From Longimicrobiales bacterium (GTDB taxonomy: Bacteria > Gemmatimonadota > Gemmatimonadetes > Longimicrobiales > Gaopeijiaceae), in contig CBDCKN010000014.1 of assembly GCA_965218295.1 (NCBI GenBank), positions 1 to 64,000 on the forward strand: a DNA stretch of 64,000 bases, read 5' to 3'. Below, piece by piece: positions 52,209-60,454 of the stretch (the stretch's first letter is position 1; each line of letters opens with the position of its first letter). Under the pieces are notes generated by a model. It searched no databases and was not told where the DNA came from. It saw only the letters and a list, made by a program, of their open reading frames with translations. The translations under genes and the position numbers were made by a program.

Positions 52209-53284
52209 GCGGGATCGGCCGGCTATACAAACAGGCAGGTTCACAGAATTGGACGATCGACTACTACGACTCCCTCGGTAAGCGCCACCGCGAATCCGCA
52301 CGCACGCCGAAGAAGAAGGAGGCCGAGGCACTCCTCAAGGAGAAGCTCGCCCAGGTCGGCGCTGGTATGAACATGGGTACTCATCGCGTGACCATCGGGG
52401 AGATCCTCCTTCTGGTCGAGGCCGACTACGATGTCCAAGCCCTGCGCTCGGGCGACCGACTCGGGCACGCCTCAACCCACCTGCTCGAGTTCTTCGGAGA
52501 GGAGCGACAGGCGATCTCGGTCCGACATAGCGATGTCCTCCGTTACGTGAAGTTTCGGCGGGCCGAGAGTGCGGCCGACGCAACGATCAAGCTAGAGCTC
52601 GCCGCCACGGTGGAGAAGTCGATCAGCGTCGATCAGATCCCCTCCTTCCCGAAGTTGAACATCGACAATACGAGGAAAGGGTTCTTCACGTCGGACGAAG
52701 TCGAAGGTGTCGTGGCCGAACTCATGGATCACCTTCGGCCGGTGGTGCGGTTCGCTTTCCTGACTGGGTGGAGGCGAGGTGAGATCCTATCGCTGGAATG
52801 GTCGCAAGTAGATTGGACTGCCGAGGAGATCCGGCTTGAGCCCGCCCAGGTGAAGAACAAGAAGGGTCGCACATTCCCCTTCGGGTCCTATCCCCAGCTC
52901 AAGGAACTCCTTGAGGGCCAACGGGAGAAGACGAGGGACAGCCAGCGCGAGCGCGGCGCGATTGTGAAGCACGTCTTCCACCGGAACGGAAGGCCGATCA
53001 AGTCGCTCCGGGGCGCATGGGATGGCGCCTGTGAGCGTGCCGGGCTCCCTGGTCGATGGTTCCATGACCTGAGACGCTCGGCCGTGCGCAACATGGTCCT
53101 AGCCGGCGTGCCTCGATCGACGGCGACGAAGCTATCCGGACACCGCACGGAGTCGGTTTTCGTTCGCTACACGATCCAGGACAAGGAGGTGCTGGACGAC
53201 GGCGTGAGCAAACTGGGACGCTTCCACGAAGAGACCTCGGCACCGACCCGGAAGAAGTCGGAGAAGCCCGCAAGAATCGGCTGA
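52205..53284 (+). CDS. Tyrosine recombinase / phage-type integrase
   Basis: N-terminal arm-binding-like W.IDYY..GKRHRES; catalytic R (TGWRRGE), K (VKN), HDLRR, SGH, RY. Confidence 0.92.
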   Translation: MSGIGRLYKQAGSQNWTIDYYDSLGKRHRESARTPKKKEAEALLKEKLAQVGAGMNMGTHRVTIGEILLLVEADYDVQALRSGDRLGHASTHLLEFFGEERQAISVRHSDVLRYVKFRRAESAADATIKLELAATVEKSISVDQIPSFPKLNIDNTRKGFFTSDEVEGVVAELMDHLRPVVRFAFLTGWRRGEILSLEWSQVDWTAEEIRLEPAQVKNKKGRTFPFGSYPQLKELLEGQREKTRDSQRERGAIVKHVFHRNGRPIKSLRGAWDGACERAGLPGRWFHDLRRSAVRNMVLAGVPRSTATKLSGHRTESVFVRYTIQDKEVLDDGVSKLGRFHEETSAPTRKKSEKPARIG

Positions 53285-53292
53285 ACGAGAAC

Positions 53293-53318
53293 GCCACCGG
53301 CATAGTTTGGGCATAGTC
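53293..53318. promoter_or_regulatory. Putative integrase arm-type site (right)
   Basis: GCCACCGGCATAGTTTGGGCATAGTC. Confidence 0.65.
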
Positions 53319-53320
53319 AA

Positions 53321-53362
53321 GCCCCCAGGGCCACATAACTAAAGGGGCTCTGGGGGCCTTTT
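53321..53362 (+). terminator. Hairpin/terminator between the integrase and the att repeat
   Basis: GCCCCCAGGGCC...GGCTCTGGGGGC followed by CTTTT. Confidence 0.6.
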
Positions 53363-53368
53363 CACTGA

Positions 53369-53408
53369 ATTTTGAGTCCGGTGCGTCTACCAATTCCACC
53401 ATCCCGGC
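53369..53408 (-). repeat. att site: duplicated 5' half of tRNA-Leu (nt 1 through the anticodon loop)
   Basis: Exact 40-bp copy GCCGGGATGGTGGAATTGGTAGACGCACCGGACTCAAAAT. Confidence 0.92.
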
Positions 53409-53524
53409 TGGTATTGCAGCGGTAATGTACGAAAGGGCCAGGGCGCCGTACATGCTATAGCGGCCCCTAACGGACAGTGGGCTTCAGTCGAACCGGAACA
53501 CCATCCACCGCCGGGTTCCTCCCG

Positions 53525-53941
53525 TCAGCGGTTCCTCGTCGTCACTTCGATGACCCCGCCAGGAAATCCAGTGCCGTATTTGGTGGTTGCCTCTAAGGGC
53601 GAGAGACGCCGTATGGTTTCGATCTCATCAACGACCAGGAACCTGAGTTCTTGGAGATCGCCACGGGTGGTTTGATCGACCACGACGCGAGCAAACGCAG
53701 GTCCAGAGACCAAGGTTCTGCCTCGCACGGGTTGTAACCAGCGTGGGCGAAGGCTCTCCACCGCCTGCCAGGCGGTCCGGCCCAGGGCTTCCTCTAACTG
53801 GGCCCGGACGATGAGATTTGTGGTCCCCCGGGTGGCGGCTGCCGCAGTCCCGAACTCCTGGCCGAACGGCGTATTGGCGGATGCACCGCAGGCGGAGGCC
53901 AGAACGGCGAGGACAAGCGATGCACAGCTGCGGCAAGACAT
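53525..53941 (-). CDS. Small lipoprotein resembling a stand-alone TonB plug domain
   Basis: Lipobox ASAC; LRPRWL; IETIR.L...EATTKYGTG..GGVIEVTT. Confidence 0.75.
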   Translation of the reverse strand: MSCRSCASLVLAVLASACGASANTPFGQEFGTAAAATRGTTNLIVRAQLEEALGRTAWQAVESLRPRWLQPVRGRTLVSGPAFARVVVDQTTRGDLQELRFLVVDEIETIRRLSPLEATTKYGTGFPGGVIEVTTRNR

Positions 53942-54083
53942 GGGCGCCGCCCCTCATTGGGTGTGACTTTGAAAACGTACCTTCATAACGGATCTCGAAT
54001 CCAGCCTTGTCAAGTACGAGTAGTGTCCGACTCCGGCGAAAAGGGGTAGAATTTCGACGGTATTCTTCGGCTCTGTTTCGGAA

Positions 54084-54293
54084 ATGACCGCCGACAGAGG
54101 CGCCTCTCTACTGAGGTACCTACCTACTTCCGGGGGAATCGTACTGAAGCAAGATTGGCCGCCGGCACGTGTGGCAAAGTTCCGGCAGGCGGGTTTCGTC
54201 TACCTGCACGTAGCCATCCTGTATGAGGCGGCGGTGTACGCGATGCTCCAGGCGGGCACCCTGCCCCTTCGCTTCGGCTCGCCGTTGGCGTGA
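54084..54293 (+). pseudogene. Truncated hypothetical membrane protein
   Basis: KFRQAGFVYLHVAILYEAAVY then an abrupt end just before IS481. Confidence 0.45.
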
Positions 54294-54311
54294 TATAGAG
54301 TATCGCCATAT

Positions 54312-55542
54312 TGTGCTGAGACGGTATTCACCTGACAGTTGACCACGAGAGAGGACGGTGGCCAGCCGCCCTCGCCGGAGCTAATTGAGAGATGTCGAAG
54401 TCACTCACTTAGCACGGGAGAGAAGATGACCACCGTCCAGGGGGAGAAGATAGCGCGCCGCAAGCTGAGCCTGCTACAGTTGGCCCAGGAGCTCGGCAAC
54501 GTGAGCAAGGCGTGCAAGATCGTGGGCTACAGCCGGCAGCAGTTCTACGAGATCAGGAGGAACTTCCAGCTTTACGGGGCCGAGGGGCTGATCGACCAGC
54601 TTCCGGGGCCGAAGGGACCGCACCCGAACCGGGTGAGTGAAGAGATTGAGCAGGCGGTCTTGGCCCACGCCTTGGAGGCTCCGACGCACGGAGCTCAGCG
54701 GGTCGCGGACGAGTTGCTGCTCGGAGGGATCCAGGTGAGCTCAGGAGGCGTACGGGGCGTGTGGAGCCGGCATGGCCTCACCACGAAGCACGAACGGCTG
54801 CTCAGGCTCGAAGAGACGGCCAGGGAACGGAAGCTGAAGCTGACCGACGAGCAGATCGAGCTGCTGGAGCGCTTCAGTCCCGAGTTCCGGGAGCGCCACA
54901 TCGAAGTCCATTACCCGGGCGACCTCGTCGCCGTGGACACGTTCTTCGTCGGAACGCTGAAGGGGGTCGGCAAGGTGTACCTGCAGACCGTGCTCGATTG
55001 CTTCAGCCGCTACGCCTGGGGCCGGCTCTACACGAGCAAGCTCCCGCTCACGGCGGTGCAGGTGATGAATAACGACGTGTTGCCGTTCTTCGATGAGCAC
55101 CGGGTCCGGGTGAAGACCGTGCTCAGCGACAACGGCCGCGAGTTCTGCGGCCGTCCGGACCGTCACCCATATGAGCTGTTCCTTCAGCTCGAGGACATCG
55201 AGCACCGCACGACGAAGGTGGGCAGGCCCCAGTCCAACGGCTTCATCGAGCGCTTCCACCGCACGCTCCTCGACGAGCACTTGAGGGTGAAGGGCCGCAC
55301 CACCTGGTACGAGACCGTCGAGGAGATGCAGCAGGACCTCGAGGCGTATCTGGAGACCTACAACCGGAAGCGGCCGCACCGCGGTCGAGCCATGGAGGGC
55401 CGCACGCCCTATCAGGTCTTCAAGGCCGGTCTCACCGACGCCAGGAAGGCCGCAAAGGCCAGGAAGGAGGAGGCTAAGACGAAGGCAGCCTAGACACAGC
55501 TCCGGCGAGGGCCAACTGTCAGGTCATTACCATCTCTGTACA
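54312..55542 (+). mobile_element. IS481-family insertion sequence, complete
   Basis: TGT...ACA ends, 29-bp imperfect IRs (24/29), flanking direct repeat GCCATAT (54305-54311 / 55543-55549). Confidence 0.92.
54426..55493 (+). CDS. IS481 transposase (DDE/rve)
   Basis: LGNVSKAC, VAVDTF, LSDNGREFCG, PQSNGFIERFHRT. Confidence 0.95.
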   Translation: MTTVQGEKIARRKLSLLQLAQELGNVSKACKIVGYSRQQFYEIRRNFQLYGAEGLIDQLPGPKGPHPNRVSEEIEQAVLAHALEAPTHGAQRVADELLLGGIQVSSGGVRGVWSRHGLTTKHERLLRLEETARERKLKLTDEQIELLERFSPEFRERHIEVHYPGDLVAVDTFFVGTLKGVGKVYLQTVLDCFSRYAWGRLYTSKLPLTAVQVMNNDVLPFFDEHRVRVKTVLSDNGREFCGRPDRHPYELFLQLEDIEHRTTKVGRPQSNGFIERFHRTLLDEHLRVKGRTTWYETVEEMQQDLEAYLETYNRKRPHRGRAMEGRTPYQVFKAGLTDARKAAKARKEEAKTKAA

Positions 55543-55545
55543 GCC

Positions 55546-55573
55546 ATATAACACATCGCTGCAGCCGTTAGGT
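55546..55573 (+). other. Collapsed integron attC-like site
   Basis: ATATAAC-ACATCGCTGCAGCC-GTTAGGT: R''-like box and start of a typical attC arm joined directly to a GTTRRRY box. Confidence 0.45.
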
Positions 55574-55719
55574 AAAGGTCTCCTCTGGACGGCTGCGTGA
55601 CAGGGCACCATCAAGGGAGACCCTCACACCCAGTCAGTAGGGAAAGGAGTGCCTACAATGCCATACTTGCAACGGAACCTGTCAACGCCAGTGAGACACT
55701 CTTGGAAATCAATTAGAGA

Positions 55720-57096
55720 GAGGTTGGGTCAATAGGTGTGTAAACGTATTAGGCGGCGTTCTTCCGCTGTTGGTGTGAGACGGGCTTTCCGTCTTCGAAC
55801 TTTCTTCCTTCAAATACGTCCTTGAGGAGGTGAGGAGCGTCGAGCCTTCGGAACCGCTTCTCAGCCACCAAGAGCAACTTCCAGATTAGCGCCGTAGCGC
55901 TCTCGACCCGCTTGAACCGCTTCGCTGCTGTCGTCCTGAGCCGTACCGCGGCGAACGGGCTCTCGACCACGTTCGTCGTGCGTAGATGCTTCCAGTGGTC
56001 CTCGGGGAAGTCGTAGAACGCTACCATTCGCTCCCAGTCGTCCTCGAGTACGTCCACTGCTTTCGGATACCACGGCCTATAGCGTCGGGCGAACACCTCG
56101 CGGGCCTTCAGGGCCTCGGCCCGGCTCGGTGCGTAGACCACGGCCCGGAGAAGATCCTTCGCCTCGCCCTGCTCCCGCTGAGGTAGTCGGTCCAGCACGT
56201 TCCTCATCTTGTGGTTCCAGCACCGTTGCTCACCCGCCTCAGGCCATACCTGCCGTACTGCGCCCCAGATCGCAGCGTTACCGTCCGCCATCAGAAGCCG
56301 GGGCGCCTCGATGCCGCGTGCCTTCAGGTCCCGCAACACCTCGGACCAGGACTCGACCGACTCTCGGTAGCCCGCTCTCAGGGCCAACACCTCTTTCGTC
56401 CCGTCTCGCATGGCACCCAGCACCACCAGCAGCGCCGCTTTGTCCCGCTCCAGCCCTGCCTTCACATAGATCCCGTCCGCCCACACGTAGACGACCTCAC
56501 GACCCTCCAGGCGACGCTGGCTCCATTCCTCGAACTCCGCCGTCCATCCCGCCCGCAGCCGCCGAATCGAAGACTTCGACAGCGGTGCCCCCTCGCCCAG
56601 CAGGCCCCGCATCGCCAACTCGAAGTCTCCCTCCGCCAGTCCGTGCAGATACAGCTCCGGAAGCAGAGCGCCCAGCTCCTTCGTCCGCCTCGCGAACAAC
56701 GGCAGCACGCGGCTCTCGAACCGCTCCTCAAGGCCTCGAACTCGAGGGCGTCGGAGTGTGATCGTGCCCGAGCTCATCGCCAGCCGCCTCGGCTTGCCGT
56801 ATCCGTTGCGGTAGCCCTCGGTCGCGTCCACCACCCTCCTGCGCTCTGACTTCTCTCGCCCTAGCAACTCCGTGACTTCCTCCTCCAAGATCTGTTGAAT
56901 GAACTCCTGCGCCTTCTCCCGAACCACTTCTTCCAGAACTTCCCACACGGGCGTCCTGGACTCACCCTCGGGTCCCACCGTATTCTTCCTCACGAGGCGT
57001 CGTTCCTTTCCCCCGGGCTGTCACCCGGAGTTCGCTGGTTATTACTCAGCGGAAAGGTACGTCGCCTCTCTTTTACACACCCTTTGATCCTAGCTC
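55720..57096 (-). mobile_element. IS256-family element, copy 1
   Basis: IRs GAGGTTGGGTCAATAGGTGTGTAAA / GAGCTAGGATCAAAGGGTGTGTAAA; 8-bp TSD ATTAGAGA. Confidence 0.95.
55749..56993 (-). CDS. IS256 (Mutator-type) transposase
   Basis: GYRNGY, YVWADG, ADG, QRCWNH, LRTTNVVES. Confidence 0.95.
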   Translation of the reverse strand: MRKNTVGPEGESRTPVWEVLEEVVREKAQEFIQQILEEEVTELLGREKSERRRVVDATEGYRNGYGKPRRLAMSSGTITLRRPRVRGLEERFESRVLPLFARRTKELGALLPELYLHGLAEGDFELAMRGLLGEGAPLSKSSIRRLRAGWTAEFEEWSQRRLEGREVVYVWADGIYVKAGLERDKAALLVVLGAMRDGTKEVLALRAGYRESVESWSEVLRDLKARGIEAPRLLMADGNAAIWGAVRQVWPEAGEQRCWNHKMRNVLDRLPQREQGEAKDLLRAVVYAPSRAEALKAREVFARRYRPWYPKAVDVLEDDWERMVAFYDFPEDHWKHLRTTNVVESPFAAVRLRTTAAKRFKRVESATALIWKLLLVAEKRFRRLDAPHLLKDVFEGRKFEDGKPVSHQQRKNAA

Positions 57097-57097
57097 A

Positions 57098-58105
57098 TTA
57101 GAGAGCAATCTCCTGTGTAGTGAGGGATGGGGTGGGAGGATTGATCCAGACGGCCTCCGGGAGTGGTTTAGGCTTCGGCTCACCGGAGACGAAGCGCTCG
57201 GGATGAGCGGCCCATGCCTCACGGAGCACGGCCTTCCTGCAGGCGATGATCCGATCGGCGTGACCGAAGTGGACCTGTTCGGGGGTCAGCATCGAGATGC
57301 CGCCATGGCGGTGCTCGGCATTATACCAACGGAAGAACGAGCGACAGAAGGTCTTGGCTTGCCCCTGATCCCCGAACCGGCCGGGAAACGAGGGATGGTA
57401 CTTCAAGGTCTTGAACTGAGCCTCGGAGAACGGATTGTCATCCGAGACCTGGGGTCGGCCCAACGAGCGGGTCACGCCGAGATCGGCGAGTAGTTGAGCC
57501 GTGCATTGGCTCGTCATCGGAGCCCCTCGATCGGAATGCAGGGTCAGGAGGTGGGGCTGGACGCCATGCTTCAAGCAACTCTGCTGGATCAGCCGGCTGG
57601 CCAGGGCAGAGTTCTCCCGATCCGCCACCATCCATCCCACGACGTAGCGGCTGAAGATGTCCAGGATCACGTAGAGGTAGAAGTAACTCCACTTCTTCGG
57701 CCCCAGCAGCCGGGTGATATCCCAGGACCAGACCTGGTTCGGGCCCCTCGCCATCAACTCGGGCTTCTGGTATTTGGGATGACTCCGCTGCGCTCGACGC
57801 TCCTGAACCGGCACCTGGGAAGCCAGAACGCGATACATCGTACGCTCGCTGCACAGGTAGACGTCCTCGTCGAGCAGCGTCGCCACCACCTCGGCTGGGG
57901 ACCGGTCCACGAACCGCTCCGAACACAGGGTGTCGAAAATCTTGTCCCGCTCCCTCTCACTTAAGGCCCGGGCGGGGGTCGGGCGGGGCTGCTGATGCCC
58001 GGTCGATGCACTCCGACGACGGTAGAACGTGGCTCGCGGCACCCTGAGCGCATCGCACGCGGGCTTCACCCCTACGTGCTTGGCTAGCTCCTGGGTCGCC
58101 TTCAT
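57098..58105 (-). CDS. IS3-family transposase OrfB
   Basis: PNQVWSWDIT, LDIFSRYVVGW, HSDRG, DNPFSEAQFKTLK; its stop codon lies inside the IS256 TSD. Confidence 0.93.
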   Translation of the reverse strand: MKATQELAKHVGVKPACDALRVPRATFYRRRSASTGHQQPRPTPARALSERERDKIFDTLCSERFVDRSPAEVVATLLDEDVYLCSERTMYRVLASQVPVQERRAQRSHPKYQKPELMARGPNQVWSWDITRLLGPKKWSYFYLYVILDIFSRYVVGWMVADRENSALASRLIQQSCLKHGVQPHLLTLHSDRGAPMTSQCTAQLLADLGVTRSLGRPQVSDDNPFSEAQFKTLKYHPSFPGRFGDQGQAKTFCRSFFRWYNAEHRHGGISMLTPEQVHFGHADRIIACRKAVLREAWAAHPERFVSGEPKPKPLPEAVWINPPTPSLTTQEIAL

Positions 58106-58551
58106 GAGTTCGTCCCGTCCTCGAGGCTCAATCCCAGCAGCCCTGCAACTTTTCCCTGGACGTCGATGATCAAGTGCGCCTTCTGGAGCTCCTTCTCGAG
58201 GCGAGTGTTCTCGCGCTCCAGCTTGCGCACCTTCTCCTCCAGCGGATTGCGCTCGCGCTTACGGCCTCGTTTCTTCGACAGCGCTTTCAGGGACCCGCTA
58301 TGCGCCGCCTTGCGCCATGTCGTCAGGTGCGACGAGTATAAGCCCTCCCGCCGTAGGAGTCGGCCAACCTCTCCGGGCTCCGTGCACCGGTCCGCTTCTT
58401 CGACGATCCGCAGCTTGTACGACGGAGCGAACCGCCGGCGCAGCGGCCTATCTACCACCTCCGAGTCCGCAGGAGCTGCCGCGCTTCGCTTACCGTCCCA
58501 GGTTGGTGGGGCTATTCCATTCTCTTTCATTCTCTCTCGGTGTCTCAGCAT
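58102..58551 (-). CDS. IS3-family transposase OrfA
   Basis: RRRF..YKLRIV..LLRREGLYSSHLTTWR HTH plus leucine zipper; ATGA overlap with OrfB. Confidence 0.9.
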   Translation of the reverse strand: MLRHRERMKENGIAPPTWDGKRSAAAPADSEVVDRPLRRRFAPSYKLRIVEEADRCTEPGEVGRLLRREGLYSSHLTTWRKAAHSGSLKALSKKRGRKRERNPLEEKVRKLERENTRLEKELQKAHLIIDVQGKVAGLLGLSLEDGTNS

Positions 58552-59042
58552 CCTCGGTTTCTCTGCCTTCGCCCTACTCTAATTCCTTAGCTGCTCCGTG
58601 TCTCACGTAAGTTGGCAGAGAGGGAACTGGATGTTTCCAAGCACTACGCGACCGATGTGAAGCGGGCCCTTGCCCGACGCATGGGTGAACTCTACGCGGG
58701 CATCATGCAGACCACGCCTGGCATGGTCAGCGTTGCCATTCGCGAGCTGCCGGAGGGCAGTCTGTGGAGCTGCAGCGATGGAGAGCCTGAACCAGGCGCC
58801 GTTCTGATTTGCGACATCCGGCGCGGCCGCACGCCCGAACAAAGGGCCAAGCTGGCGCAGGCGCTCGTCGACGCCTGCGTCGAGACGCTGAAGCTGCGCA
58901 GCGACCGCCTGCCTGTTGAGTTCACTCAGCACGCTGGCGACGAGATGTTTCGCGCCGGGCGTGGGTGGGCCACTGATTGGACGCAAGCGGAGGCGCAGAC
59001 GCAGGGCCGAAAAAGGGAGTAAGGCAAATTGCTGACAGGGAT

Positions 59043-59129
59043 GCCTAACTCCAGGTCGAACGGACGGGCCGGAAGTGTGGTGCCACATTTCCTGTCCGTG
59101 GTAGCCCGGCGCTCACCAAGACCCTAGGC
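59043..59129 (+). other. Integron attC-like site (87 bp, degenerate R' box)
   Basis: GCCTAAC 20 bp after a stop codon; imperfect palindrome GGTCGAACGGACGGGC / GCCCGGCGCTCACC; inner hairpin GGAAGTGTGG/CCACATTTCC; ends CCTAGGC instead of GTTAGGC. Confidence 0.6.
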
Positions 59130-59146
59130 GTAGAGAGGAACTAGGA

Positions 59147-59190
59147 ATGCCTATCGATCAAAAAGTAGACTACCTCGAACTGCCTGCAGG
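59147..59190 (+). pseudogene. N-terminal stub of a VOC/glyoxalase-like cassette gene
   Basis: AGAGGA RBS plus MPIDQKVDYLELPA immediately after the attC-like site, then loss of homology. Confidence 0.45.
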
Positions 59191-59310
59191 GATAGGCATC
59201 ATAGGGGCCTGGCGTCCGCGACGGATGCTCCCCAACCGCGCCGTTCGGCCCAGCGTTCCCTCCTTCAGGACCTTCCGCCGTGCCACCGTCCAGCCGGATC
59301 GCAGCGCGCC

Positions 59311-60099
59311 TCACGACGGATAGGTCATCCCCCCGTTCACGCTGAGGGTCTGGCCCGTGATCTTCCCCGCCGCAGGGGAAGCGAGGAAGACGATGGCCGC
59401 CGCCACGTCGTCAGGCCCCAGGAGCCCAAGGGGAATCCGCTGCTCGATCTTCGTGAAGATGCGCCGGCTGAACTCCTCCTTCATCACCGCGTCGTACAGG
59501 CCCGTGTCCCCGGTGAGCGTGATAGAGACGTTGTTGATGCGGACCTGGAAGCGGCCGAACTCCTGGGCCAGGGACTTGGTGACGGCCAGCAGCGCCCCGT
59601 ACGCGGCCGAGATGATGGACTCCCCCGGCGTCCCCACCCGTCCGGCGTCGGACATCATGTTCACGATCGCGCCCCGCCCCTGCGCGTGCATGGGCTCGAG
59701 AACCTCCCGGATGCAGTAGATCTTGCTCCAGAACTTCATCTGGAAGGACTCGTACCACGCCTCGGGGGCGAGCTCCCGGAAGGGCTGGATGTGGTCAGGC
59801 CCGCCGGCGTTGTTCACCAGCACGTCCACCCTCCCGTGCCGCTCCATGACGAGGCGGACCATCTCCCGGACCTGACCGGCGTCCGTGACGTCGGCGGTGG
59901 CGTGCCAGCAACGGTCGCCAGCCGGGTTCACCGCCGCGGCGAGCTCCTCGGCGACCCGCTCCCCCCGTTCCCGGTGGCGGCTGTTGAGGACGACGGTGGC
60001 GCCCGCCTCCAGGAACCGCCGGGCCGTAGCAAGCCCGATTCCTTGGGTGGAGCCGGTCACCAGGACGACCTGACCGGTAAGATCGATGAGGGGATTCAT
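59311..60099 (-). CDS. SDR-family oxidoreductase lacking the YxxxK motif
   Basis: TGSTQGIG, LVNNAG, ITGQTLSVNGG; active-site region reads GESIISAAYG. Confidence 0.88.
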   Translation of the reverse strand: MNPLIDLTGQVVLVTGSTQGIGLATARRFLEAGATVVLNSRHRERGERVAEELAAAVNPAGDRCWHATADVTDAGQVREMVRLVMERHGRVDVLVNNAGGPDHIQPFRELAPEAWYESFQMKFWSKIYCIREVLEPMHAQGRGAIVNMMSDAGRVGTPGESIISAAYGALLAVTKSLAQEFGRFQVRINNVSITLTGDTGLYDAVMKEEFSRRIFTKIEQRIPLGLLGPDDVAAAIVFLASPAAGKITGQTLSVNGGMTYPS

Positions 60100-60454
60100 C
60101 GTGCGTTTTCCTCCCGTTCGTTTTCCCGGTCTCTCTTATTGGCCGACGGGGACCCGGCTCCAGCGGACCGGACTCCCACCCGATCGGGGGTCCGGTGCCC
60201 TCCAGAACGGGCGGCGGAGACGGCGGGGATGGCAGCGGTCGGCCGGGCGGGAGGCCGGAGAGGCCACGATTGCGCCCCGGATCCGGGGCCTGTCCGCTCC
60301 ACGAACGCGGTGTGCCGGCACGGAACCGGAAAGGCTAAAATGGCGCCCGAAATCCCGAACAGTCAAGGAAGGCCGGTTCGGATTCCACTCACCCGTGAAG
60401 AGACGGGCGGCGGATCATCCGGTTCGATCTCCTCCAGCGAAGACCCGATCAGAT

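Larger units (their letters stand above)
51131..53408. mobile_element. 2.3-kb integrative element (remnant) in tRNA-Leu(CAA), bounded by 40-bp direct repeats
   Basis: 51131-51170 identical to 53369-53408; encloses a tyrosine integrase and paired arm-like repeats. Confidence 0.88.
55674..58624 (-). mobile_element. IS3-family element (about 1566 bp net) interrupted by IS256
   Basis: OrfA/OrfB, subterminal IRs TG(T/C)CAAC..GTGAGACAC, AAC target duplication at 55671-55673 / 58625-58627. Confidence 0.85.
55658..59022 (+). pseudogene. Tautomerase-family (4-OT-like) gene split by IS3::IS256
   Basis: GGAAAGGAG RBS plus ATGCCATACTTGCAAC (55658-55673) rejoins TGGATGTTTCC (58628-) to give MPYLQLDVSKHY...DIRRGRTPEQRAKLA (136 aa, N-terminal Pro). 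Confidence 0.85.

Noticed and set aside
52205..53284. Integrase as the integron integrase for the attC-like sites
   Set aside because: No IntI-specific insertion is evident; it has an arm-binding-like N-terminus and its own tRNA att sites
59147..59199. ATGCCTATC...GATAGGCAT inverted repeat, or an IS91-like terminus
   Set aside because: Only 9 bp; cannot be distinguished from chance or a rearrangement scar
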